Shown in pieces: positions 55,901-63,000 of a stretch of DNA of 64,000 bases (position 1 is its first letter; each line of letters starts with the position of its first letter). A model generated the notes under the pieces. That model saw only the letters and a program-made list of their open reading frames with translations. It did no database searches and had not been told where the DNA came from. The stretch comes from a virus. The translations under genes were made by a program, and so were the position numbers. Location of the stretch: IMG/VR virus record IMGVR_UViG_3300031576_001126, positions 32,001-96,000 of that record; one strand, 5' to 3'.

Positions 55901-56838
55901 AATTTTTTGCATCTTCTAATTCTATAAAAGAAAGCCTAGAAGAAATAAGAGATGTTAATTTGAAAGGTAAAAATTTGGTTGGTGTTCCGTTCAGTCCTCA
56001 AAGATTTATGACTGATGGATCCATTATTGTGGGTGTTCTTCCCAATAGGAAGAGAAGTGTTGCCGGATATCCAGATGAGTTTGATTTCGGTCCAAGTCCA
56101 GAATATCCAATAATCGATTCGGTACAACCAATTACTCAAGACAGAACATTACCAAATAATATTGCCGATTTGGACGCAGGAGTCGTAGCTCCAATTATAA
56201 AAGACGATATGTTTTATCTTTATAGAATTTATCCTTATGTTCTTGTTCCAGAACCGTTTGCCATAACTCCTGATGAAGAATTTCCGAAACTTCCAAACTA
56301 TAGACCGTCAACGGGGGATCTCCCAGATTCGTATAGCTATAATCTTGATCCAGATGACTTTCAGGGAGGAATTTCTACGGTCTTTAGCGGAATTACAATA
56401 GATGGGAATAACTGGATAATTGGAACAGATAACGGAATTTTTTATTCGACACAAGCTGGTAGAGATCCGGTTCCAACCGATAGTCAAGGAATAGCTGGAT
56501 CTGGATTTAAAATTCCAGCTTTAATCCAAACTTCAACTAACATTGTTCTTGCGGCAATAGTTTCGAATCAGGCGGTTTATCTTGCCAAGAGTGTGGAAAT
56601 TCCTTTAGGCAAAAACTGGGAAATAATAACTCCAACTATAAATAAATTTTCTGCGGCAGATGTTAAACGTATTTTTAATATCACAGAGGATGCTAATGGA
56701 TTCATTTATGTCACTACTAACGCTGGCATCTTTAAAGGTGATGCTAATGGAGATAATTGGGTTCTTTCTGGCAGTGTTGGAGATTTGGAAGCATTAAGTG
56801 GGAATCGAGTAATTGGACAGGAATTTCTGGTTATATAA
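37975..56838 (+). CDS. Giant putative virion adhesin/fibre (6287 aa) with many BNR/Asp-box propellers, Reg_prop-like propeller, FN3-like modules and three Tyr/Gly tags
   Basis: More than a dozen SxDxGxxW Asp-boxes (KSVDEGLSW, RTIDGGLNW, ISLDSGRTW, RSTDGGNTW, KSTDGGKTW, KSEDNGLSW...). Reg_prop-like SNTIRSVIEDNRGNIWVA. N-terminus paralogous to 175..4296. Confidence 0.8.
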   Translation: MANRRTSKYLLQYFEDGDVYSAKADMQRFQTVENQLDLALKLSGGGVLSGWGLLQTSDQSGTTAITINPGFGIVPFTLTKIDQITGVATKEQHFIGVRTNAPIIIPNLGLNRISVIYIEINNQLIQNLQNNPEAIIDLSEEAILIIVRPSINSPAGSGPYRTTTSTNEAGLEKDISTGQSFDEYPIYFKKIDGLTFIPDNNKAVVFINDKKLFRRYFTTGSQGNVIGFNDPLHQEDNVIVRVDPLNSLVIGEVRTDNTKVIDINNEAKEFAREKSADSLVGPATQSHVHDGQEGNPSKILLTTKTDFISPSSTSEDRIFTFNKPDESVYGHNFANGTYETFVYINGFFSFNSASVLDNGSTITVTFQQSLEPIDVVQIVLVLNNDQTQIKSTLNLSGNNPSEEKVDINISGDSIKLDQIDPILIPAISHIGRHKEAMRPGNDPFSSREYVHRSENFDYQEFYPVHKNKFNARNAKHIFFDEKNSSLKLIHACASNDFLYMETDKLMFQLPENFIGGWSSITLNKDINEYDSPFIIIPVKNPINITSDNWDRLFYVGNRFINQNDWQDLNNPDLDEIVNLSFDLNTTPNTANRTNINGIRIQDACGGESPLLMDKTAFMLLDNRVYVYDYISNLSKYFWLDITSTPLWNEAVSLSCIEVEENTILFVGTSDGKIYCNILASSEINNRIDSGANFVPNGNIDFKPFNIWENNSYSYGYGYSQAIDFFDVFGVRGNVFGYGTSGYGFGNEEKLPIKVDNNLLFVTANVSEKNTVATVSDTSLSLVNNLLNTFVGKTSGLPNSFVLLDWFEIANGLSGEIRKVIFSNDRLVVTSDSDVYYSDEVGDKTNLYFKEDYTWTNAFAPSDTHNDINSTSNDILILASDNSIYRGVWNGLFYSWSVSENTIYGISINNILHPSSTIIVDENDIYSCGKYGIFKSVDEGLSWRSTTQIIGLPEDRNSVFTTEKIELRVLDTDPSLGRIIVSKSEFPYGYGYGYGYGEGLDFFDVFGIESTTYGYGVGDFESTYSNQYGYGYGLEISDILGFINDNDWIFFGDNSGSIYRNIPLRVLGHGVDVSGLFYLDVELADASKADFSEIIENQIFSIFRKKEPLAIINGIPQDRRYDSTDIEEYEADYFRQSVVFDNEINPDDEITIASEYKAYEPIFKSIIGLSIDDIRVNGLTVAVLPRDIDADNFIVISDSANIDDIVRITIKNLYITDVGSFSHEEIEDKLSIEELGLPYKLEGIRTSNLLISIMAMQHMFPNTTDLDSDTEINGTATSTARDYIDDSSKTFAPGSLIGRRIILDSEDKEFDYTIENNTASRIWILRKRTYDNFSENANGTESSFLLRTPAILNDFRAYLDGEEQALTADYTLESTLEGITTIVFTMPPVTGSHVIVAYVAVEDDLDFRDFINVGELYEILPIKTSPFSDLINTFVTMYEDESSIDVEFSFIENIILISNDDIGKKTDLTSYIYFNPVDEFIYAGTNKGIWKREKDVSVFCKTSELLPTIDATGSFNPPDTLNGLYVQYNKTTNEWTLTWGLGTNQRDINDNLDDINITAIAHNPADTDMILAGSQDCLYRTIDGGLNWNIVWDFRTDDRIKEFPVPRQIVFDDKNPWIVNVVNQSGLFRSFDYGNNFETISTYDIATRKLDASRSFSYQVDDSDIRGLYYYGENKLKIKNYKSISSFGADNSTVIETGDKNILGISLADLVIRKIENNTSNVNEVFLASEGYGVLKSTVMGNDPQVSRYDFKKQYFNFTDELIDQFNNPNNLNFINNTGAWHFLPDPDRPGETVGRYVIFIDNIRGRTYILTKIENGRRVPTHGEFIGKFITLEANTGFYTFKVIGHYNRGLLPSRTNAIYPNGKEISSQIVEFVLDGRYPFLYNSNLLPLIEDPPGSGNFRRKREGDFKYYWYGLDAPFSTHPALFPVIVQFGSQVPLFAPSNGSINRALVSNGNLFEKNFSGLITFASYRRSETLSPTSSSGNISYTFIKPSVDLFEYSYLFVNGTYRAEVVVNGKSTSNPNTITDTGSTIIVDFDVALSSGDTVGLVLFVINANTQNEEIMIEIHYPTFGGFGDAPPSYFLVVDGLKDFYFGDIQAEEKYKIISSRIKTLTPEEIPLFYAKIYLKLDPESFRDDDLDDLVRLWNIDAQNTPPTPSGRISHAAIFHSMIISSFVSNAITFNQGNLPTILSDGYDLRGYVLYPRLDSSAFFKILSNTEDTIVLDSNNILEIARIGDQSRVGMDIQSGRVLDITIDRNNPKIIYASAKDNPYISLDSGRTWRLINDGLPINSSINESFVKFEKIKIHNSYLYGCALNFAENLGGGIYRFDGNSWEQIGGIDGDDLIPKSVNDFAIFDDLGDTIIYAGTLQDGIYKGNDTLGSFVWEKQKLPDHIINSMDLVKKDNGDLERVWIGTAGKGLFRKDGLSDKTWEIEYDNILKNSEIKSVLWRPWNIFEKNSDIFVDSLFSTITTINTGFNLIETKKYVQVNYGPAESLGLENDPDLFDWEKIGEKKDDKEIPHVFSIDQSNASHITESIDRTITDHDLPDNRRLTAFVSGIKGSGALSENFGNGALLAGIGVPSNSLGIERVNIDSNQPTIYEEPFSHLPDRQSITTIEESDSGRIFFGTDRSGVWRTKSSNGRKYLLPFVENPSDSFDLSNYGYDYIVGRLERFLATSVSDFPNQNTFNRITGIDPTGEIGFIDTSSLFDGIGYSERFFRAENIYTYTVKSSESPDLFSDITLHGSDIIGGYFVLSEITNEARGVVGSNRIILEIINLKSESGDYKLFLSAGQRQAILPPQVISDAIWIAIDKEIESPSGNYNKIVIMDFEKYEDISGNLPKTDIKNSLGVKESAVFIRDMKVIGSEAVIGCGIGGLFVSKDINNLNTSDIEWFNILVPSEIKDITSIVCIPKTPTSGYGYGYGEGLDYFDVFGLDGSLYGYGLGLFEYDYSYGYGYGVGIEYESLDIYVGTWGNGVWAHKGGHWIGDIFTGGTWEEVDELNLKHKNIWKLFLSSNGLLYAGTEHGGIYVIDPNGGSWIREIDNITRSKLFIWKTEGYSTKNESVSVFTNKDNILTYSFGGGVMRSLDEGNSWEQAINGLSNIYVQDLTICPNSTSDTAYVATAGGGVYKTTNAFTGNCSWIKLPTNGLPENLNIDEIEVGNDPNIVYIKTRINDLSFKSLPLSIKNVASVSDPPIFEFGDWTGSLNTSLFNGTRFTPLQPYTKGDRKAIIFRSTDGGNTWESVYDKDPKFTDRDYRFSSSVFGLTLRPGQNDIVHFLYKSTLTSNNPSVGNIDSFFFVTMNGDQIISETIFPLDSYQNLKILNQRTDAYISVNPMNFDEIYISLHGNVGSTFQLPPIYKSTDGGKTWFYSNGHFTSSESFNTKLQISNKIPPSVSAVVSDVSSSISLIGNTENIDKNTAIFENTKIFFSSNFNRIITSSFTQTTTEDPFTDSLFFTYRDEPVVGEINSYPRSFYLTGATIQPNINQPTIIAIQNGGHGDFLPKLTKGVGNSNNPQFVTVVLDQTFSGAILDPISNKCKIGNLTSIKIDYSSLPTESIFRKENSLIGLDISIGGIATKIAIHRALYPVVSSTIPNKIELIVIGDFGSSIAIGTVMSVTLKQPIYSNYDNDLMLSVNSGVSWKKIGKESFSLALDNIKGIANNTVLPTTVPLTVRSTYLLQDEGENSVVYRGDARDERYENQSIERLIWTKIVIDSTFKSNKTLFNGLAFSESRSAIYISESNKISKISISPSISVTTLFDNLNISHPLVVSEANSNDMLFVANSSVYSSKDGFETFQVFTLPQAITPASIKRIVLSRNPDIPDEVFLCVDAGQSFEQSTFNSSGVISEGTTNIIRFALSVGQKNPFENFIKRYISFEVNGSNSIFNTRIERITSSEIYTLSTIVGSVISFSYDTITNKTSLTGNGSPLDAGAYAGNIVTIQTSLNVDALTIFTSRVEDVENITESTFDIIVNGDLRQTFEDNDIDFNTKFPSLRIGKLGDFLTVDYSGKITASRSTNQTLQNGLWYSNTFGEGFVKIDGLEIGGIDDRPGCLDAYLFDNGRVSAILNNDDTIRILTNNNRLPSGNINKVFTTPDGNIFALTSNGLCVIEGDEELEFSSFFYNNFTNIMDLGADQRYIFDAENKTFILSGIPNEFYGDETPTLASFNFNNVVATLKDSKETIWVGTEGFGLYAVFGNNIYNFNADNSNIGSNTIRSVIEDNRGNIWVASGNGGVSTSFYGDNINEIPAIVWTNFPTGIGFTENTGLTGAVNSINVRNTMSIIADGTVDVPQVNIDWTNISSVFPKSIILRSNSTITPSVVNGTDITFVPIRDIVLTIEEETNNGNLVWRITGSTAIDYGTNNLIGKHIVPDTRSNTNGFEIIFNSFNSFDIQRVEDENPPSIGNFMIVEKIDSAFVVYAGDGTDIGFNFSDVDLPNNNQYTYFLFFYNDVNFIYKLTDRKTVELSDSEIDSQNELDMICGGSGGLFKFTPSEDTQFTFIASFGEGNDITNIFFDTSNIGWLAATSKLVEFNSPNIITEFGINDLFSGKTDSIPSSMIVRNAAERSNGDIVIATDVGLSIRDIAEFTSIIENDPDISFRDDSGNLTLNDWRPSTLLSAGSDQFSFIDVGENNALLAVRKNIFSTSSGGNNWSITNNNDDNVIFDTIKFAHKIEKDNEIIDILFFTDRSIYSSGSDNIDILETENLPSRSGILESYSIGDMWLSEGPSSSRLIIGMYNNNIVEEERELAIIDFSSPDEFTTPVTFISGKDGLSIQSAYSFAEINDGLDIIICSGCKDSIIFKKNSDSWKPFITGEIEPETFVYTSLSARVDEESIEHGKTLYATRTPIYGVDFAPQVLSFRIDAPLVDNKVFKYDVNGSLAGRVRDGFRIYPSPIIKVDRPAIGEYNPQWFQKNIYRGHIGAVKFIESSRSLVLGGFANTLMVIPFTAERSDDFRKLACGVYSGLRGHRNFIPNQAAYSSTEYVGFYLPYEINEDSIFASGVFSFSSGLNNKTESNFLTKNKNAWSVKFNEEDGFASYLHFGQNNFNDNKKFKFNSTDNISYLMKTRDGGQIWYSSINNVTGESEFPVASVGDWIFNKLDQDNIIISTVNGLYESGEYNSGIFVTFDGGHGWSNVTDVLPKVPAKSIELIEDKVYAGMLGYGVFNTSLASINSLVPDWEQFESRYTTLNGINIGLWNVTSIEEDRINPERLLIGTTNQGVVQSLNSGESWSFDDNGIPSGNITVIKMLAVNPFVTLVGIKNDGLYIKNNDIQKYEKKTNGLPTNSNIRDIKIDITFSDIYLEFNYSNSLNDFILIIRADFLPPSRTPENGVLYQVGGEIENANVVYFGNEDFSLNKFVDRNGKIRDGIPYYYRFFTLNLDGTYTERDIILGKSTLVESLKITDTSSARLADPFPTSGNGLKHRIVKPSTLTTQSKPMEIVSNTGTELFLRADPFEILNRGGDATFGNSILRNQQYRIDSTLIVIPIKINPIYIIAEDISNGISKVYYSNNNGESWFERNSGITSTDIRTLTLEILNIESRLLLEQAAIYISTADGVFKSEDNGLSWNEISSSSGTNILPNSIPYRKVVVDLEDCNIVYALNDNGETFRSLNEGDSWELMNSFDGEFNVADIVSFFTNHIYVGTNGDGIIRLENSVRDRIDLNVIADGNISFFDIDFIEIGDFASTDTNSITASTLVKNDSISNNREQIRFKTKEYANNIQILIKNNDIPFNVEDVFIGDQLANPPSNPFILRIPETEDDPTIVNQIISLSDNNLYAATNRGAFFTSDFGLKWNKINNPELPDEILDIADIRNNELALATASGLWTSTNDRKDFGIIESSGKRINTIFESSDRIVRNLIRGGENGLRITIENSKSIIAFSGKNRQIKLSWGDIFNRVDGGWSENTQIILADPIFRPIKPDDNSLTSFDGWDHALIVRKGPFTTFEKALAAGINNNIFAPQTQVVYPTNTLVSVYNTPISIAQFFASSNSIKESLEEIRDVNLKGKNLVGVPFSPQRFMTDGSIIVGVLPNRKRSVAGYPDEFDFGPSPEYPIIDSVQPITQDRTLPNNIADLDAGVVAPIIKDDMFYLYRIYPYVLVPEPFAITPDEEFPKLPNYRPSTGDLPDSYSYNLDPDDFQGGISTVFSGITIDGNNWIIGTDNGIFYSTQAGRDPVPTDSQGIAGSGFKIPALIQTSTNIVLAAIVSNQAVYLAKSVEIPLGKNWEIITPTINKFSAADVKRIFNITEDANGFIYVTTNAGIFKGDANGDNWVLSGSVGDLEALSGNRVIGQEFLVI
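40108..40209 (+). repeat. Tyr/Gly tag copy 5 (short)
   Basis: YSYGYGYSQAIDFFDVFG...FGYGTSGYGFG. Confidence 0.8.
40933..41076 (+). repeat. Tyr/Gly tag copy 6
   Basis: YGYGYGYGYGEGLDFFDVFG...YGYGVGDFESTYSNQYGYGYGLE. Confidence 0.85.
46720..46860 (+). repeat. Tyr/Gly tag copy 7
   Basis: GYGYGYGEGLDYFDVFGLDGSLYGYGLGLFEYDYSYGYGYGVGIEYE. Confidence 0.85.
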
Positions 56839-56849
56839 TGGAGAAAAAC

Positions 56850-57074
56850 ATGAACGATGAAGAAAGGCTGAAGTTGGTCAACTACTTTGGAATAGATTAT
56901 GATGATTTTTTTAAAGAGTGTTATCAAGTTAATATTTATCAGGATATGCCGGATATTCCCATGGATGAGTATTTAGAAAAAATAAAAGAAGAAGACGAAC
57001 GTCTGCTTGATTTTTTAAAAGATATTGTGGATCTTGATAAAGATGTCAATATATTTAAAGATATAGGACTATAA
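56850..57074 (+). CDS. Small acidic hypothetical protein (74 aa)
   Basis: GGAG at 56840-56843 precedes ATG 56850 (alternative start TAATG at 56838). Fills the gap between two giant genes. About 22 of 74 residues are D/E. Confidence 0.65.
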   Translation: MNDEERLKLVNYFGIDYDDFFKECYQVNIYQDMPDIPMDEYLEKIKEEDERLLDFLKDIVDLDKDVNIFKDIGL

Positions 57075-57077
57075 AGA

Positions 57078-60000
57078 ATGTCTGTAACCGTAAATAATAT
57101 CGGTTTATATTTATCTAGCAGGGTTGGCAACAGAACTGATTATAAGCTAGTTTTGTCTGTCTATGTTGCAGATCATGCCAATGGAGGTGTTCCCGATGGA
57201 AATTTGCCGCTAATTACTATCGAAAGAACTGTTGACGATATAGATTACTCAGGGTGGTTTGTTTTCAATTTTCCATATCCTGTTGTTTTAATTCCAGACT
57301 ATTATTGTATAACGCTTTATCAAAAACCCGACAATGTTGATTTCCCTGTGGACTTTAGCGTAAATTTCGTTCAGTGGTTTTATACTTCTTGTGAAGATCA
57401 CTCTAACAAGGGCGTGAGTTCTTTCTCTTCTGATCTTCAATTCACTTCGGATGTCTATGGATATGGATACGGGGGAGGCGGCTATGGGAGCACGTATGCC
57501 ACTTCGCCAATTTATGGATATGGATATGGATATGGCGATCCGGCGGATGCTTTAGATTTTTTTAATATATTTGAAGCTGGCGAAAATGATTATGGTTATG
57601 CGATAGGTCAACCGTCTTTTTTTTATAGTTATGGTTATGGTTTTGAATATGTCGATTTTGTTACAGATGATGTTATACAGAGAAATTTTAAAGTTTATGA
57701 AGATTTCAATCATATCGAATTTGAAGGTGAAAATAATGCCTGCATAAACATACCTGCGGCAGAAGAAATAACGCTAATCTTAAATAATAGACAAGAATTT
57801 TTAATGGCAGAACAAGATGGAACGGCCATTGTTAATGATTTTATAACTCTCGATGGCTTTGGAGAAAGATTAATTTCAACAAATGTTTCTCCGTTAACAT
57901 CGGATTGCATTTCCAACAAAAATGTGGATTGGTTTCCGGCAAATTTCGCTTTATCAAGCAATGATTTGAATTATGTAGATACAGTGAATTCGCTGGGAAA
58001 TACAAATCCATTTAATGTTAATATGGCATCTTCGCCATATTATGGTGGGATATATATAAGTGTTGATGGAGGCTCTTCATGGGATGCTAAAAATGATGGA
58101 CTAACACTAGTCGACAATAGCATTAGAAATATAAGTTGTGTAAAGTTTGGACCAGATGGATCTTTTATTTTAGCTTTTGATAATACAAGTTTATCAGAAA
58201 GAGGAAAGGTTTTTAAAAGCATTAATCTCGGAGAATCTTGGACGGAATTAATTTTGGCAAGTGCGACATTATCTGGAATAATTGTTAATGATGGATTTGT
58301 AATTAGTTCTTCTGAGATATGGATAGGAACCGACAATGGGGTTTACAGATCTCTTGATGCAGGAACCACATGGTTCCCTGAAAACAATGGTTTACCATCA
58401 TTAACTAATGTTAATCAAATTCTTGTAGATTTAGATATTCTCGGAAACTATGGATATGGTTATGGTGGAGGAGAAGGAATAAGTTATTTTGATGTTTTTG
58501 GATCAGATGGTTCTTTATTCGGTTACGGATTCGGATCTTTTGAAATGAGTTTTTCAGAGAATTTTGGTTATGAATATGGATATGAGTATGGTTTTTCCGG
58601 AGGATCTTCGAGGATAGTTGCCATAGCTACGGAATTCGGAGCTTATTGGCTTGTTAACGGTGTTTGGGAAAGAATATATCCAGATATTGGCCAACCAGAA
58701 GAAAATACTAATACAATTCTATTTAGTAACAATAATATATTTATAGGCAAAGACGATGGATTAATAAGATCAGAAATAGTTGGACCTGACGAAGAATTCG
58801 ACAGAATTCGCTTCAGAGGGCATAAAACTTCAGAAGCGATAAATGGAGATTTTTATGTAATCGGTTTGTCTAGAAGAAAAACAACAAAAGTTAGATTGAA
58901 TAGAAATAAAGAATCTGAAATTTTTGTGGCACAACACGGAGGAGTGTTCTTTTCTGAAAATGATGGTGGAAACTTTGTAAATCTAACAAAAAGTATATCG
59001 GAAAGATCATTAAAAATAAAAGATATAATAACCAATCCAATAGATAGCGAAATTATATATGCATCCGTAGAAACCACAAAATTTGCAAATGCTGGGGTTA
59101 CAATCTTGGTGGATTGCTCTGGAAGCATGGTAGCAAACGATCCTGAAGAAAAGCGCATAGATATGGCCCTAAACATTGTTGATAACATTGTTTCTGTGGC
59201 GGTCAATACTCCATATTTCCAAATAATAAGATTCGGAGTTTCAGAAAATATTTTATTAAGAAATCAATCAATTTACAATTCATTAAGGACTCAAGGTGAA
59301 GATTTCGATATAATTGGAGCCTTTAATTTAACAAAAAATATAAAAGGAAGAATAGTTGATGCTGGATATTCAAGCAATGTGACTTTAGTAAGAAAGGCAC
59401 TAGATGTTTCTTGTCGAGAGCCTTCTAGTGCAAGAGAACATGCGAGAACGTTGTTCTTTGATGCCCTAACGGCAACATCTACTGGTTTGGCTAATTTTGG
59501 ATCAAGATGGGAATACAAAGAGAATGTATCTAAGTATATTTTCGATGATATTTCTTCTAATTTTTATAACAACTTAGATAAATCTTTGATAATAATAACT
59601 GATGGAAACGATACTGTTGACGGGAAAACTCTACAACAATTAATAGATAGCTCATCAAATTATAACAATATTCCGTCAAAGACATACATCGTTGGGGTTG
59701 GGCATAATATAAACTTTGAAAATTTAAAAGCGCTTAGAGAGAGCAATAAAAATTCAAAACTTTATCTGGCTCCATTCGATGAAAACATATATTCAACATT
59801 ATCAGATGATGTTTCTGATGTAATTCTTGATCGTGAAAAATTCAGGAACAGATCTGGAATTTGGAGAAAATTAATAGATCTCGAAGAACCAAAAATAACA
59901 AAAAATGTAATTTTAAAGGCCAATGTTCCGTCTTCAACAACACTAACCTATAGACTAAGAACTACAAACAATAAAAAAGACTTCACGGATTTCACTGTAG

Positions 60001-63000
60001 ATTTTCTTCCAAATACTATAAACACTGTGAATTTATCTGGAAGATATATTTCTATTGCTATCAATTTTGAAAGCGAATCAACTTCTTTTGCGCCGGAAGT
60101 TTCTGAAATAAGATTTACGATTTTAGAGCCAAGTAGAAGCTATGTCAATTTTCCGATAAAAAACACAAGCAATTCCGACAGAATATCCGAAATAGAACTT
60201 TCTTCATTAGATGATTTATCTTTGGGAAATGTTTCGTCCGATGTTGTTAAAATGAATTTCGGTTTAATTCAGTCGGAAAGCACAAACTTTAAATTTTCAA
60301 ACAAAGTTCACAGAGATTTAAGATCCGTCATGCTTAAAAGGGATTTTGAAGATTTAACCAGCGAAGATGGGTTCTTTTTTAAAGCAAAAAATGGCCCTTG
60401 GCCTGGAGATACTGTTGTTAGGGTTGTTGATTTTTTAGAATTTAACGCAAATCCAAACGAAGGCGTTATAGACGGAAGCCTTTATTTTGCCATACCAAGC
60501 GAGGGGCTTATTATATTTTTTGACAAAGTAAACTCCGATAAAAAAATAAAACTCGATCTTGATTTTATATCTCAGTACAGAATTGGAACAGAAATTATAA
60601 ATCTTAGCGATGCTATCGATTGTTTTAATCTTCATGATATTGCTTGGGTTTACTATACCGATTCTAATAGTGTTTTACCAAGATCAGCTTTGCCAAAAGT
60701 CCCATCTCAATTAGCTGGATTGGAAACATTTGGGATTCTTTCCGATGGAAATCATGAGACGGGCTTTGGGTTAGCAACGACATATCTTGTGCAGTATATA
60801 TTAAATGATGTTTTCAACAATGGCATAATATCTATAACAAATGGACAAAGAATAAATTTAAAAACAACTGGAAATTCAGATATACTTAGATTCTATAATC
60901 AGAATGCGTTTTTGCCTCCAACTCAAATAGAAAATGCCCTGGACGATGGATTTCTGAGAGTTTTAAACACTCAAGGAATTGATTTTGGAATAGTAACAAT
61001 TCAACAAACTACGACTTCTCCATTGCACTATCAAATCAACGTTAAAACAAGTAGTCAAATAACTGTTGGAGAATCTGTTGTGTTTTCGATTGGAGATAGA
61101 AGCCAAGGCAGCAGGGGAATTTCCACAGAAACATTTCAAGAGAATCTATTATTTAAAAGTAACGAAGAAACAGTTTGCGAGTTTCAAACTAATTTTTATA
61201 TTGGCCAGAAATCTGGAACTCAAACTCCAAGTGTTCAAAACGGAGACTTTGATAAAATAATAACTCCAAACTTGAACCTCATAGGTCAAAATGCAACTTC
61301 TATAATTGTTTTGTGTCCAACTACCGTTTCTCCGGGATCTTTCTTCAATGTAAAATTCATAGCCGTTGATGATTTAGGAATCGTAGACAAAGAATTTACT
61401 GGAACAATACAATTTGATATAGAAAACCCAACCATGGGGACTTTTGTTGATGGGTTTTCAAAACAATTTTCCCTATCCAATTCCGGTGTTTTGGATATGG
61501 CAGTTTTGGCATCATCATCCTTATCTGGATCAACAAGAATAAGATGTGGAATAATTGTAAATCAAGAACAATCTTCATCAACTTCTTTTGATCCAACTTT
61601 ATTTGATAATATTTTCTTTAGCAATACATTTCTGATAGATTCTTCGTTCTCTGTAAAATGGGGGGATCTAAATATATCCACTATATTTGGTGACGGAAGA
61701 CAAGATATAGATTTTGTAGCGAATTATGCTGAAAAAACTTCCGCATTGAATTTTATTGGAATAACAGATGATATCGATATTCTTGACGATCAAGAATGGG
61801 CATATACTTTATTCAGAACGGATGCTCTGACTAACAACAACTTGGTCATATACCCCGGATTTAGACATAGAGCAAGCGATTTTTATGGAGAAAGAATGGT
61901 TGTTTTTGGCGGAACAGATGCCACGACAACACCACAAACACTTGCGTCTTCTTTGAAACCAATAAATTTTTCAAATCCTCAAGAGCAACTTACAAATCTT
62001 GTTAATGGATTGACAAATAAAGACTATATAACAATACCAATTCACACTCCATATCAGACAGATCAAACGGATTTCTTCTTTAGAGGAAGGGGATTCCTTT
62101 TGGATAGATATAGAAATATTGTTGACATATCTGCTTCGATGGAATCTTTTATCACAAACATAGAGTCTTCTTTCGAAATATATTCCGAACATGGTAATGC
62201 CGAAACTCCAGATTTTTATCAAAGCGAAAATTTCATAGGGAGTGAAAGCAATCTATTTGAAACTACGGCTTATGTTCAAAGAGCACTGTTTATCGGGAAA
62301 AGATTAGGATTTGTTGCTGGATCCGGTGGTTATCATAGCCGTTCTGGTTATTATAAAGGAGATAGTTCTCCAAGAACTCAATTAATAGTGGGTTCCGTTG
62401 CCTCAAACAGGGGATTGACTGCCGTCTTAACTGAAAATGTAGATAGAACTGAAATATTCAACAAAATTAAACAAAGAAAAACATATGCGACAACAGGAGC
62501 AAGGATGTTTTTGCATTTTGAAGCAACAACCCAAAGTCAAACTAAAGGAATGGGAGAGGTTTTCTCGAATTTAGATTTTGACACTTTTGGAGATCCAATC
62601 GACACAATAACATTTAAAATTAGAGCTACTTCTGATAATTCTACAATAACAAGAATCCAGATAATAAAAATAAAAATTGACGAAAATATAACGACAGTTC
62701 TAGATAGCAGAATAAGTGGGGTTCCTCCGTTTAATGTTGTTGATTTTGGCAATGACACCGGGCTTCTTGCTTTTGTGGAAGATATAAGTGATAATGCTGA
62801 AAATCAAGAATATTGTTATTATGTAAGAATTTCCCAAGACGATGGACATTTTGCTTGGTCGAGTCCTATTTGGTTTAACTTTGGAAGAGAAGAAGGAATT
62901 AGAATCACAAGCGATGTCAATTTTAGAACTGTCTCTCAACCAAGTTTGAGTTCTGATCAAGGCGATATTCCGGAAATACCATATTCTTTGTCCAAAAATC

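Noticed and set aside
56757-56849. ORF-track start at 56757 for the acidic protein
   Set aside because: It overlaps the 6287-aa gene by about 80 nt. A better ATG with GGAG lies at 56850.
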